IMG/VR virus record: IMGVR_UViG_3300031753_000008
Coordinates: 1 to 59,946 of that record
Strand: one strand, 5' to 3'
Length of the DNA: 59,946 nucleotides
Source of the DNA: a virus
Taxonomy: Duplodnaviria; Caudoviricetes
Part shown: one piece after another, positions 9,121-18,791 of the stretch
How positions within the stretch are numbered: position 1 is the stretch's first letter
How the letters are laid out: the number at the start of each line of letters is the position of its first letter
Notes under the pieces: generated by a model
The model's input: the letters and a program-made list of their open reading frames with translations, nothing else
Told to the model about the DNA's origin: nothing
Databases searched by the model: none
Position numbers and translations under genes: made by a program

Positions 9121-9410
9121 CCCTCCATCAGGTCCAGGACCTTTTCGACTATTGGGAAGACCACCCGCCGGTGCATGTGTTGCTGGCGGCGTTTCTCGGG
9201 GTCGAGCCGCGCCGCGCCGGCCCCAATCGGGAGAACCCGCCGGGGAGCCCCCCGCTTCATGCCCCGATCGCCGACCACGAGGCGGCCGAGCTCGCGTTGT
9301 CGGGCCAGTTCGCGGTCGGCGAGCGCCCGCTGCATGACGGCCTCGGGGCGCCGGGCATCATCGATTTCGCGGTGCTCAAAGAAAAGCACCAGGCGCTAAA
9401 GGCGGGGTAG
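9030..9410 (+). CDS. -1 frameshift extension of the tail chaperone (gpGT-like)
   Basis: G GGG GAA at 9030-9036. The -1 frame is open to 9410 (DWAGLYGLLATACGYRPGDIDGLTL...YWEDHPP) and ends 2 bp before the tape measure ATG. Confidence 0.75.
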   Translation, partial: GGSRGGEDWAGLYGLLATACGYRPGDIDGLTLHQVQDLFDYWEDHPPVHVLLAAFLGVEPRRAGPNRENPPGSPPLHAPIADHEAAELALSGQFAVGERPLHDGLGAPGIIDFAVLKEKHQALKAG

Positions 9411-9412
9411 GC

Positions 9413-12400
9413 ATGGCCTCGAACCTGTCGATCGCGGTCCGCGCCGACACCGCCGAGGCGCGCGCCCAGCTCGCCCTCGTCCAGGCCGACGTCAAAGCGC
9501 TCGGCACCGCGTTGCGGCAGGCTGCGGCCGACGCCAGAAGCGGCGGCGGTATCGGCGCCAACGACAATTTGCGCCAGGCGGCAGGGCAATTCGAGGAGGC
9601 CCGCGCCAAGGCCTCGGCCTTGACAAAGGAGCTGAACGGGGCCGCCACCGAGGGCTCGCTCCTCGCCCGCAGCTTTGCCAATGTCAAGGAGGAGGTCGAG
9701 CGCGCCCGCAGCCCGATCGACACCTTCCGCCAAGGGATGGCCGGCATCCTCGAGGTCACCGGGGCCGCCTTTGCCTTCGAGAAGATCTCTGAATGGGTCG
9801 AGGAGATCACCGAGGGCGCGGAGCGGACCAAGATCCTGGCGGAGTCGCTCGGCACCAGCTCGGAACGCCTGTCGGAGTTCCAGAACATCTCGTTGCTCGC
9901 CGGCGGCGAGAGTCAAAACCTGATCCGCATCGTCACCCAGCTCGGGCACCAGCTCGAGCTCGGTCTCAACAAGCCGCTCTCCGACCAGGGCCAGGCGATC
10001 CGCGCCGCCGGCATCGACATGGCCGCGCTGAAAGAAGCGCTGCGGGACCCGATCGACACGATCGAGCTCTTGCGCCAGACCTGGCAGAACATGGCGGGGA
10101 GCGTCAATCGCCTCGACATCTTCCGCAGCCTCGTCGGGCCGCGCGGCATCACCCAGCTCGCACCCGTTCTGAGCCTGACCGCCGAGGAGTTTGAAAAGGT
10201 CAAGCAGGCGGCCGAGGCGAGCGGGGCCAATCTCAACGACGCGCAGATCGAAGCGCTGTCGGACACCTGGGAAAAGGTCCACGAGCTCGAATTGGCCATT
10301 ACCGGCCTCAAATCGCACATCCTTCTCGACTTCAAGGAGCCGATCGACGCCACCACCACGTCGTTGAAGGCGTTTGTCGAGACGATTACGAATTCGGGCG
10401 CTGCCACCGCGGCGTTCAAGAGCTTTTTCGACGCGATCCACGGGACCATCGACGCGACCAAGACCGACATCGACAATCTGAAGACGGTGTGGAACGCGTT
10501 CGCGAGCGGTTGGCAGCAGCTTCAAAATAATACGCTTCTGCAGCATCTCGGGATCGTCCCGCCCGCCAACGCGCCCTCGCTCGTCCCGGGGGCGTCGCCC
10601 CTGGGGTTGACGGATGCGGGGCGCCCCGCGGCACCCGCCGAGGTGAGCCTGCCCGAAGTTTCGGTGACGGCACCTGCCCCGGCCGGGGCCTCGGGGCGCG
10701 AGGGCGCCTCGTTCGCCGGCAACGCGATCGCGAACCTCTCCGGCAACGCCGCGATCGTCGCCGACGCCCTCGCCAAGATCGGCGCGTCCGCCAACACCGT
10801 GGCGGGGGTTCTCGCCAATCTCAAGGCCGAGAGCGGCATCAGCCCGGATGCCGTCAACCCGAGCGGCGCCACCGGGATCGCGCAGTGGACCGGAGACCGG
10901 CTGGCGCAGTTGAAGGCCGCCGAAGGCCCGGCGTGGAACACGCTCCAGGGCCAGGTCGATTTTCTCGTGAAGGAGCTGCAAGGCAAGTTCGCCGGCGTCT
11001 TTCACACCGCGAATAGGGCGGCGGACGCCGCGTCGGCCGCCAAAATCGTCTATTCCGGCTACGAAATCCCGGGGTCAAAGGACACGACGGGGCCGGCCCG
11101 CGAGGCGCTCGCCACCCAGATCGCGGCGGGCGGCGGGGTCGGGTCCGGCACCGGCAGCACCGCCGCGAGGTTCGACCCCGAGGCCGGCCGCGTCGCGCGC
11201 GAGCAGCAATATGCCGAGCTCGAGGCGCAGATCAGGCAGGCCGAGTACCAGCAGGATTTCGCTGCCGCCCGCGCGCTCCTCGACAAGAAGCTCGCGATGC
11301 TCGCCGAGGACAAGGCCAGCACGGCCTCGGTCACCGCCGAAAAGGTGCGCCTCGACCACGAGGAGGTCGCGGCCGCGATCCAGCTCGCCCAGCAGAAATA
11401 CACCTCGCTCAAAAGCGAGGACACCTCCTATCTCGCGGTCTTCAAGGCCAACATGGCGCAGCTCGTCGCCGAGCATAAGATTTCGACGCAGCAGGCGATC
11501 GGCTTTGAGATCGAGTACACCGCCAAGCTCTACGCCGAGGAGCGCCGCCGCCTCGAAATCATGATGGCGGACGACCGGCTGACGACGGCGCAAAAGCAGC
11601 GGCTCTATGACGAGCTCGTCGAGCTCGACGCGAGCTATACCGCCAAGATCAGCGAGGCCCAGGCGAAGACGGCGCAGGACACCGCGAAAAGCTGGCAGGA
11701 AAGCATCAAGCAGGTGTCGGACGCGTTCGCCGCCATGGCGACCGATGTCGTCCTGCGCACGAAGTCGATCGGCCAGGCGTTCGACCAATTGGCGCAAAGC
11801 CTCGTCAAGGACACGCTCAACAGCGCCTTCAAGAGCCTCTTCAGCTCGGCGCTCGGGGTCGGCGGCGGTTCGGGCGGCGGCGTCGGCGGCGGGATTTTCG
11901 ACAGCCTCGGCAAGGACATTTTCGGCGAGGGGCTCGCGGGCGCCGTCGGCAACCCGTTCTCCGCGGGCTCGGGCGGCCTCCTCGGCGGCCTCTTTGGCGG
12001 CGCTTCGGGTGCCGCCGACCAGGACTTCTCGGGCGGCATCGGCGCAGCGGCCGATGTCGGGGGCGGCGGCCTCTTCAGCGGCCTCTTCGGCACCTTGTTC
12101 AAGGGCCTCGGCTCGCTCTTCGCGTTCTCGAAGGGGGGGATCGTGCCGTCGGCGGCGGGCGGCTGGGCCGTGCCGCAGCTCGGGCCGGGAGGCACCCTCG
12201 CACAATTGCACTCGAACGAGATGGTCTTGCCGGCGAATATCAGCCAGGGGCTGCAAGGCATGATCGCCAACGGCGGCGGCGGCGGCGGCAACTCCTTCGG
12301 CATCAACATCAACGCGACCGATGCGGCCTCGGTGCAGCGGCTCTTCATGGCGAACGGCTCGGCGCTGGTCGCGGCATTGAATACTGCGATCCGCCGCGGC

Positions 12401-12421
12401 TCGATGCTGACCCCCGGCTGA
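9413..12421 (+). CDS. Tape measure protein with embedded phage tail lysozyme domain
   Basis: 1002 aa, Ala-rich and helical; AGVLANLKAESG...GIAQW...QVDFLVKEL; C-terminal LHSNEMVLP. Confidence 0.92.
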   Translation: MASNLSIAVRADTAEARAQLALVQADVKALGTALRQAAADARSGGGIGANDNLRQAAGQFEEARAKASALTKELNGAATEGSLLARSFANVKEEVERARSPIDTFRQGMAGILEVTGAAFAFEKISEWVEEITEGAERTKILAESLGTSSERLSEFQNISLLAGGESQNLIRIVTQLGHQLELGLNKPLSDQGQAIRAAGIDMAALKEALRDPIDTIELLRQTWQNMAGSVNRLDIFRSLVGPRGITQLAPVLSLTAEEFEKVKQAAEASGANLNDAQIEALSDTWEKVHELELAITGLKSHILLDFKEPIDATTTSLKAFVETITNSGAATAAFKSFFDAIHGTIDATKTDIDNLKTVWNAFASGWQQLQNNTLLQHLGIVPPANAPSLVPGASPLGLTDAGRPAAPAEVSLPEVSVTAPAPAGASGREGASFAGNAIANLSGNAAIVADALAKIGASANTVAGVLANLKAESGISPDAVNPSGATGIAQWTGDRLAQLKAAEGPAWNTLQGQVDFLVKELQGKFAGVFHTANRAADAASAAKIVYSGYEIPGSKDTTGPAREALATQIAAGGGVGSGTGSTAARFDPEAGRVAREQQYAELEAQIRQAEYQQDFAAARALLDKKLAMLAEDKASTASVTAEKVRLDHEEVAAAIQLAQQKYTSLKSEDTSYLAVFKANMAQLVAEHKISTQQAIGFEIEYTAKLYAEERRRLEIMMADDRLTTAQKQRLYDELVELDASYTAKISEAQAKTAQDTAKSWQESIKQVSDAFAAMATDVVLRTKSIGQAFDQLAQSLVKDTLNSAFKSLFSSALGVGGGSGGGVGGGIFDSLGKDIFGEGLAGAVGNPFSAGSGGLLGGLFGGASGAADQDFSGGIGAAADVGGGGLFSGLFGTLFKGLGSLFAFSKGGIVPSAAGGWAVPQLGPGGTLAQLHSNEMVLPANISQGLQGMIANGGGGGGNSFGININATDAASVQRLFMANGSALVAALNTAIRRGSMLTPG

Positions 12422-12434
12422 TGACCCCCAGCTG

Positions 12435-13625
12435 ATGACCGACGTCGGCATCATGGCGATCGCCGCCGGCGGCCTCGCGATCAGCCCGCTGTCCGGCAGC
12501 CCGCTCACGATCCTCCCCGGCATCGGGTGGAGCGTCACCAAAGCGCCGACGATGCAGACGCGCATCCAGCGCGCGGTCTCCGGCCGCGAGCTGCGGCTGC
12601 AGGATTACCCCTACCCGCTGTGGCAGTTCTCGCTGACCTTCGAGGTGCTGCGCGACCGTTGGGACAGCCGCGGCCGGGGTTTTGGGGCCGTCGGCAACTA
12701 CGACGAGCTGCGCACACTCTTCGGGTTCTACCTCGCCTGCGGCGCTGCCTTTCGCACGTTTCTGTTCGACGACCCGAGCGACGACCAGGTCACGGGGCAG
12801 CCGTTGCCGCTGGCGACGAGCTATGTCTCGGCCTCGTTCCCGGCCGCGGGCGGGAGCGGCTACAACATCGGCGACCAGCTCTCGCCCACCGGCGGCTCGC
12901 CGCCGCTTGCCGCCTCGCTGATCGTCAACAGCGTCGGCGGCGGTGGCGCGATCACCAATCTCGGGCCGAGCCTCGGCGGCATCTATTACACCGTGCCCGG
13001 CACGAGCGGCGTGCCGTTGACGACGGTGACGGGCGGCGGCTCGGGCGCCACCGTAAACCTCACCTGGGTGACGAGCGTCCAATTGCAGCGCGGGCTTGGT
13101 GTCGGCCCGTTTTTCAACGAGCCGATCACCGCCCCCAACAAGGTCGCCGCGCTTTATTTCGCCGGTGTGCCGCAGGTCACATTGATCAACACCGGGATCG
13201 TCGCGGGCGGGAGCGGCTACAACATCGGCGACCAGCTCTCGCCGACGATCGCAGGACCGCCGCTCGCCGCCTCGCTCTTTGTCCAGAGTGTGAGCGGCGG
13301 CGCCGTCACCTCGCTCGGCGTCTCGAATGGCGGGCTCTATCTCGGGACCCCACCCTCCGCCGCAGTGCCGTTCACCAGCGTCACCGGCAGCGGCTCGGGG
13401 TGCACCGCGAACCTGTTGTGGAGCAATGTCGCCGGCTGGCCGGTCGATCCCGCAACCGGCCTCGTGTCGCTGCCGCAGCCCTTTGTCGGCAGCCAGCCGG
13501 CGCTATCGGCGGATTTCTCGTATTTCTTCCGATGCCGCTTTGCCGATGACAGCATCAGCTTTGAGAACTTCATGCTGCAATTGTGGGCGCTAAAAAAGTT
13601 GGCGTTTATTTCGGTGCCGCCGTGA
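12435..13625 (+). CDS. Distal tail protein (DUF2460-like) with two inserted repeats
   Basis: AVSGRELR, FLFDDPSD and ADFSYFFRCRFADD; duplicated GGSGYNIGDQLSPT module. Confidence 0.85.
   Translation: MTDVGIMAIAAGGLAISPLSGSPLTILPGIGWSVTKAPTMQTRIQRAVSGRELRLQDYPYPLWQFSLTFEVLRDRWDSRGRGFGAVGNYDELRTLFGFYLACGAAFRTFLFDDPSDDQVTGQPLPLATSYVSASFPAAGGSGYNIGDQLSPTGGSPPLAASLIVNSVGGGGAITNLGPSLGGIYYTVPGTSGVPLTTVTGGGSGATVNLTWVTSVQLQRGLGVGPFFNEPITAPNKVAALYFAGVPQVTLINTGIVAGGSGYNIGDQLSPTIAGPPLAASLFVQSVSGGAVTSLGVSNGGLYLGTPPSAAVPFTSVTGSGSGCTANLLWSNVAGWPVDPATGLVSLPQPFVGSQPALSADFSYFFRCRFADDSISFENFMLQLWALKKLAFISVPP
12845..13243 (+). repeat. 42-bp identical direct repeat (12845-12886 / 13202-13243)
   Basis: cgcgggcgggagcggctacaacatcggcgaccagctctcgcc occurs twice, 357 bp apart. 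Confidence 0.9.
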
Positions 13626-14482
13626 AGCAAGCGTCCTCGACCCTGATTGCACTGCTGAACGGCGGCGCCCAGTTCCAGATGGCCGACCTCTACACCTTCA
13701 CGCTTCAGGGCGGCACGGTCCTGCGCTATTCGGGCGCGCTGACCCAAATCGTCGATTTCGCCACCGGGCGGGTCTTTCCGCTCGGCCCCAAATTCGAGCG
13801 CTCGCTGATCAATACCGTCATCGGGACCCAGGTCGACCAGCTCGACGTCAAGATTTACCCGACCGCAACCGACACGATCGGCGCCACGCCGTTTTTGGAG
13901 GCGGCATGGACCGGCGCGCTCGACGGCGCGCTCCTACAGGTCGAGCGCGCGTTTTTCGCCGCCGGCTGGGGCGACACCAGCCCGGGAACGGTGGTGCTCT
14001 TCGCCGGCCGGGTGTCGGACCTCGACTGCACCCGCTCCGGCATCGACATGAAATGCCGCTCGCACCTCGAATTGCTCAACATCCCGATGCCGCGACGGCT
14101 CTACCAGGCGGCGTGCAACCACGTCTTTGGCGACGCGATGTGCCAGTTCTCGCGGCCGAACCTGGCGCTGACGTTTGGCGCCGGCGCCGGCTCGTCGCAG
14201 ACCTCGATCAATGGCGCGCCGGTGACGACGACCCCCTTCGCGCAAGGATCGATCAGCGGCAAGAGCGGCGCCAATTCCGGGCAGACGCGCACGATCTTCG
14301 GGTTTCAGTCGGGGGGCAGCATCAGCGTCAAGCTCGCCTTTTTGTCGCCGGTCGGCACCGGCGACCAGTTCGAGATCCTGCCGGGCTGCGACCACATGCT
14401 CGCGACCTGCACCAACACCTTCAACAATGCCGTCCATTTCGGCGGCATGCCGTTCATCCCGCCTCCGGAGACCGCCGTATGA
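13622..14482 (+). CDS. DUF2163/BR0599-family tail hub protein
   Basis: GTGA overlap; PRRLYQAACNHVFGDAMC and PGCDH..TC.NTFNN..HFGGMPFIP. Confidence 0.9.
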   Translation: MKQASSTLIALLNGGAQFQMADLYTFTLQGGTVLRYSGALTQIVDFATGRVFPLGPKFERSLINTVIGTQVDQLDVKIYPTATDTIGATPFLEAAWTGALDGALLQVERAFFAAGWGDTSPGTVVLFAGRVSDLDCTRSGIDMKCRSHLELLNIPMPRRLYQAACNHVFGDAMCQFSRPNLALTFGAGAGSSQTSINGAPVTTTPFAQGSISGKSGANSGQTRTIFGFQSGGSISVKLAFLSPVGTGDQFEILPGCDHMLATCTNTFNNAVHFGGMPFIPPPETAV

Positions 14483-15555
14483 CGACCCCGGTGCTGCATG
14501 TCTTTACGGCGCGGTTCAACCCGCTGCGCTGGCGCCAGCCGCAGCGGCACTATCTCGACTGGGCCCATCGCATGCGCGAGCTCGGCGCCGAGGTCACGGT
14601 CGTCGAATGCGCCTATGGCGAGGCGCCGTGGGTCTGCGCAATTCCCGGCGTCGTCCACCACATCGGGGTCCGCGCCGATTCCTGGGCGTGGGCCAAAGAG
14701 TGCCTCCTCAACCTCGGCATCCAGCGCCGCCCGGAGGCGCAATACGTCTGCTGGGCGGACAGCGACGTCTTCCCGCGCCGCAACGACTGGGTCGAGGCCA
14801 CGCTCGACGCATTGCAGCACTACCACGTGGTGCAGCCGTGGGAGACCTGCTACGACCTCGGCCCCGGCGACAGTCACGCGCATGTCTGGCGCTCGTTCGC
14901 CCGCCAATACCTGCACGGCCACCCGATCGTCGTCGGCGAGGGCGAGGACTTTCACAAATTTTGGGGCGGGGAGCACGACTACCCGCATACCGGCTATTGC
15001 TGGGCGGCCAAGCGCTCGGTGCTGAACGAGGTCGGCGGGCTCTTCGAATACGGCGGGATGGGTGCCGCCGACCACCACCAGGCGGTGGCGATGCTGGGCC
15101 GCGTCAAGAGCTCGTTCCCGAAGACGATCTCGCCCGCTTACCGCGTCCTCCTCGAGGCCTGGGAAAAGCGTGCTACGCACGCGGTCAACGGCCGGATCGG
15201 CTATGTGCCCGGCACGATCGAGCACCGCTTTCACGGTGCGAAGCAAAACCGCCAATATTGGGACCGCTGGCAGATGTTTCTGCGCCACGGGTTCGACCCG
15301 ATGACGGATCTGAAGCGCAACACCTGGGGTGTGCTCGAATTCGCCGGCAACAAGCCGGCACTCGAGCTCGAATGGGACCAGTATCTGCGGATGCGCTGGG
15401 AAGACGACAATGGCGAGGGGTTCGCCGCGTTTCACCGGCCGGGCCACCCGCCGGCACCCCCGCCGCGCGACCCGCCGGTGTCGCATCCCCATCATCCGCC
15501 ACACCGCCATCATCACCCCGAGCCGCCGCATCGCCGCCATCCCGGCCGTGACTGA
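14479..15555 (+). CDS. Glycosyltransferase-like (GT-A, DxD) protein with His/Pro-rich tail
   Basis: ATGA-coupled; WAKECLLNLG, YVCWADSD, GYCWAA, GGLFE and IEHRFHG. Confidence 0.65.
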   Translation: MTTPVLHVFTARFNPLRWRQPQRHYLDWAHRMRELGAEVTVVECAYGEAPWVCAIPGVVHHIGVRADSWAWAKECLLNLGIQRRPEAQYVCWADSDVFPRRNDWVEATLDALQHYHVVQPWETCYDLGPGDSHAHVWRSFARQYLHGHPIVVGEGEDFHKFWGGEHDYPHTGYCWAAKRSVLNEVGGLFEYGGMGAADHHQAVAMLGRVKSSFPKTISPAYRVLLEAWEKRATHAVNGRIGYVPGTIEHRFHGAKQNRQYWDRWQMFLRHGFDPMTDLKRNTWGVLEFAGNKPALELEWDQYLRMRWEDDNGEGFAAFHRPGHPPAPPPRDPPVSHPHHPPHRHHHPEPPHRRHPGRD

Positions 15556-15973
15556 CCAGCGCCGCGCCGCGGTCGTTGCCGAGGCCCGAACCTGGCTCAA
15601 GACACCCTATCACCACATGGGCCGGGTGAAGGGTGCCGGTGCGGACTGCCTCACACTCCTCGCCGAAGTCTATGAGCGCGCCGGGGTGCTGCCGCATATC
15701 GAGCTGCCGTACTATCCGCCCGATTGGCACCTGCACCGCGGCGAGGAGCGTTACGCCGACGGCCTCCTCGCCTATGCGCGCGAGATCGACCCGCCGCCGC
15801 AGCCGGCCGACATCGCGCTGTGGCGCTATGGGCGCTGTTTTGCCCATGCCGCGATCGTCGTCCTCTGGCCCAGGATCGTCCACGCCCAGGCCGACGCGCG
15901 GCTCGTCTGTTGGGGGGACGCCACACAGGGCTCGCTCGCCTGCCGCGCGGTGCGGTTTTTCGACCCGTTTTAG
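15548..15973 (+). CDS. NlpC/P60 tail-associated peptidase
   Basis: EARTWLKTPYHH.GRVKGAGADC and AHAAIV catalytic Cys/His motifs. Confidence 0.9.
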   Translation: MTDQRRAAVVAEARTWLKTPYHHMGRVKGAGADCLTLLAEVYERAGVLPHIELPYYPPDWHLHRGEERYADGLLAYAREIDPPPQPADIALWRYGRCFAHAAIVVLWPRIVHAQADARLVCWGDATQGSLACRAVRFFDPF

Positions 15974-17689
15974 ATGACCAACATCCTGGGGATCGGCCCC
16001 AACGCCAAGCAGCAGCAGCTCGCGGGCTCGCTGCGGTTCCAGACCTCGCAAGCGGGCAGCGTCATCCCGCTCGTCTATGGCACCACCCGCATCAGCCCGA
16101 ACGTCCTCGACTACCAGGATTTCGAGGCCGTGGGCGGCAGCGCCGGAAAGGGTAAGGGCGGCGCTGCCGGCAGCGCCGGGAAGGCCGGCAAGTCGTCGCA
16201 GACGATGTACTCGGCCTCGGTCATCCTCGGCCTCTGCCAGGGGCCGATAACCCAGTTCGGGGAGGTCTGGTACAACAAGAGCGTCGGAGCACTCCTCGAC
16301 CTCTTGGGGTTGTCGACCAAAAATCTCGGCGCCGACGGGCAGCCGGCCGACCCCTATTGGGTGACCAACCACGCGCCCAATGCCATCGGCTATTCCGGCA
16401 CCGCCAACATCACGCTCGACAAGTACAACCTCGGCGCCTCGGCCTCGCTGCCGAATTTCACGTTCGAGGTCTATGGCATCGGCTCGTCGACCTGGCTCAA
16501 TGGCGCCGACGCCAACCCGGCCTTTATCGTCAGCGATTTTCTGACCAATGCGCGTTACGGCGCCGGGTTTCCGGCGGCGAACCTCGACAGCCTGACGAGC
16601 TATTCGGAGTATTGCACGGCCTTGGGGGTGGCGCTGTCGCCGTCGATCGACACCCAGATACCGGCACAGCAGCAGCTCGCCGACATCGCAAAAATCACCA
16701 ACTCGGCGATCGTGTGGTCGGGGGGCCTGCTAAAGATCATCCCCTATGGGGACATGCCGCTCAGCACGTCGTTCACGCTGATCACGGTCGCCGGGGCCGT
16801 CGCCGGCGGCGACACGATCACCGCGACCTTTACCGGCGCCGGTCTCGGCTCGCCGGTCGCGGTCTCCTACACGGCCGGCGCCGCCAACGTCAACGCCGAC
16901 ACCCTGTACATGAGCTCGTTCACCGGCGCGCTCGCCGGCCAGATCAACGCGAGCGGCCTGCAGGCGTTCGGCGTGCACGCCGGCGTGGCACCGAACGGGC
17001 TGATGATCTTCGACAATTCCGGCACCGGCACATTGGCGGTCGGGGTCACCTTTTCCGGCGCCGGCGGCGAAACCGCCACGATCAGCCCGCTCGGGACCTA
17101 TTCCTGGCAGCCCTACACGACCCCGGTCTACAGCCTCGACGACGACGATTTCATCGTCCAGGAATCGACCGTCGGCTCGTATCTCGGGGTTACCCCCGGG
17201 ACCGCGGCATTGCGCCAAGGGGCGACCCCGGTCACCGGCGGCTTTACCGACGACCCGGTGCACGTGCAGCGCTCCTCGCCGGCCGACGCCGCGAACTGGG
17301 TCGAGATCGAGTGCGTCGACCGCTCGAACTCGTACAACAAATGGCCGGTCGTCGCCTTCGATCAGGGGGCGATCGACCTCTACGGGGTCCGCAAAGACAG
17401 CAGCGTCAAGGGCAACGCGATCGTCGACGTGCAGCATGTCGGCCCGGTCGTGGCCCAGCTGGTGCTGCAGCGCAATCTCTATTACCGCAATACCTACACC
17501 TTCAATCTCGGTTGGAAATTCTGCCTCCTCGAACCGATGGATTTGGTGCAGCTGAGCGACCCCTACCTCGGCCTCGACAATCTGACGGTGCGGATCACCG
17601 GGGTGAGCGAGGACGAGGAGGGCACCTTGGCCATCACCGCGGAGGATTTTTTCGGCGTGCCGGCGGCCGTGCAATACCCGCAGGCCTGA
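15974..17689 (+). CDS. Tail tip/host-specificity protein (J-like), N-terminal part
   Basis: IPLVYGTTRISPN, LPNFTFEV, DANPA, WSGGLLKIIPYGD and LLEPMDLV. Confidence 0.85.
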   Translation: MTNILGIGPNAKQQQLAGSLRFQTSQAGSVIPLVYGTTRISPNVLDYQDFEAVGGSAGKGKGGAAGSAGKAGKSSQTMYSASVILGLCQGPITQFGEVWYNKSVGALLDLLGLSTKNLGADGQPADPYWVTNHAPNAIGYSGTANITLDKYNLGASASLPNFTFEVYGIGSSTWLNGADANPAFIVSDFLTNARYGAGFPAANLDSLTSYSEYCTALGVALSPSIDTQIPAQQQLADIAKITNSAIVWSGGLLKIIPYGDMPLSTSFTLITVAGAVAGGDTITATFTGAGLGSPVAVSYTAGAANVNADTLYMSSFTGALAGQINASGLQAFGVHAGVAPNGLMIFDNSGTGTLAVGVTFSGAGGETATISPLGTYSWQPYTTPVYSLDDDDFIVQESTVGSYLGVTPGTAALRQGATPVTGGFTDDPVHVQRSSPADAANWVEIECVDRSNSYNKWPVVAFDQGAIDLYGVRKDSSVKGNAIVDVQHVGPVVAQLVLQRNLYYRNTYTFNLGWKFCLLEPMDLVQLSDPYLGLDNLTVRITGVSEDEEGTLAITAEDFFGVPAAVQYPQA

Positions 17690-17696
17690 CCCCATA

Positions 17697-18518
17697 ATGG
17701 GTGTCAAGAGCCTCGGCGCCGGCATCGGCACGCCCGCGTTCTTCGCGCGCCAGGCGGCCGCACCCACCACCTCGGTTCCGGCCTACAATGCCGCCGCACC
17801 GAGCGTGAACCCGCCCTTTTTTGTCGAGCCGACGCAGCAATTGCTGGCAGCGCTCGGCGTCGCCGGGCCGGCATTGATCGTCGGGCTCAGCGGCGGCCCC
17901 GCCGGCGCCTACAGCCCGTTGTGGGGCGGGGCCGAGGTGTGGGCATCGCTCGACGGCACGAATTACGGCCAGCCTTTTGCCGACGACGCCTTTTTCGGGG
18001 TGTCGGCGATGGGGCTCACCACCGCGGCACTCGCGGCCTATGGCGGGGTCAACCCCGACACCGCCGACACGCTCGCGGTCGACCTCAGCCAGTCGAGGGG
18101 CACGCTCGCGAGCGTCAGCCCGACGAGCGCCGCCGCCTTTGTCAGCTTGTGCGCGGTGCAGGCGAGCGGCGGCCCAATCGAGTTTCTGGCGTTCGAGACC
18201 GCGAGCCTCGTCGGCGCCAGCGCCTACCACCTGACGACCCTCTATCGCGGTCTCTACGGGACGGATGCCGCGAGCCACGCGCTGGGCGCGCAGTTCGTCT
18301 ATCTCGGCAGCGGCGAATATTTCGCGCAGCCCTTGCCGGCGCAATACACGGGGGTGCCGTTGGAATTCAAGTTCCCGTCGTTCAATTCGACCGGCGGCGG
18401 CCTGCAATCGCTTGCCGCGGCGACGGCCTATCCCTACACCCCGGCCGGGTCCGGCAGCCTGCCGGGGCCGGGCTTCCAAACCGACGTCATCACCACCAAC
18501 ACGAATATCAGCCTGTGA
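17697..18518 (+). CDS. Tail tip protein, C-terminal part encoded as a separate ORF
   Basis: VNPPFFVEP, WGGAEVWASLDG, LYRGLYGT and FKFPSFN..GGGLQSL resemble the usual C-terminus of this tip family. Confidence 0.75.
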   Translation: MGVKSLGAGIGTPAFFARQAAAPTTSVPAYNAAAPSVNPPFFVEPTQQLLAALGVAGPALIVGLSGGPAGAYSPLWGGAEVWASLDGTNYGQPFADDAFFGVSAMGLTTAALAAYGGVNPDTADTLAVDLSQSRGTLASVSPTSAAAFVSLCAVQASGGPIEFLAFETASLVGASAYHLTTLYRGLYGTDAASHALGAQFVYLGSGEYFAQPLPAQYTGVPLEFKFPSFNSTGGGLQSLAAATAYPYTPAGSGSLPGPGFQTDVITTNTNISL

Positions 18519-18527
18519 CGTGATGAT

Positions 18528-18788
18528 GTGGCGGCGAATGCGTTCTTACGGATCTTCGAGCCCGCGGGCGGCGGGAGCTTCAACGCCATCTTACGGCCCC
18601 GGCCGCAAGATGGGGAGACTTGGCGCTTTACGCTGATTGGCGCCAATGCGGCCCAAGTCGTCGTGACGCTGACCCCCAATACCGGGCAGACGATAAACCT
18701 CGGCTCCGCCGGGATGCCGCTCACCGGGCACGGGGCGACCCGCACCCTCGTGTGGAACGCGCAGTTATCAACCTGGGTCGGCGGGTGA
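18528..18788 (+). CDS. Small beta-rich tail protein
   Basis: GTG start; ends TLVWNAQLSTWV, like fibre-attachment domains. Confidence 0.55.
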   Translation: MAANAFLRIFEPAGGGSFNAILRPRPQDGETWRFTLIGANAAQVVVTLTPNTGQTINLGSAGMPLTGHGATRTLVWNAQLSTWVGG

Positions 18789-18791
18789 CCG

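Noticed and set aside
12435-18518. Gene transfer agent
   Set aside because: The tail tip is RcGTA-like, but integrase, attP, repressor switch and replication origin show an autonomous temperate phage.
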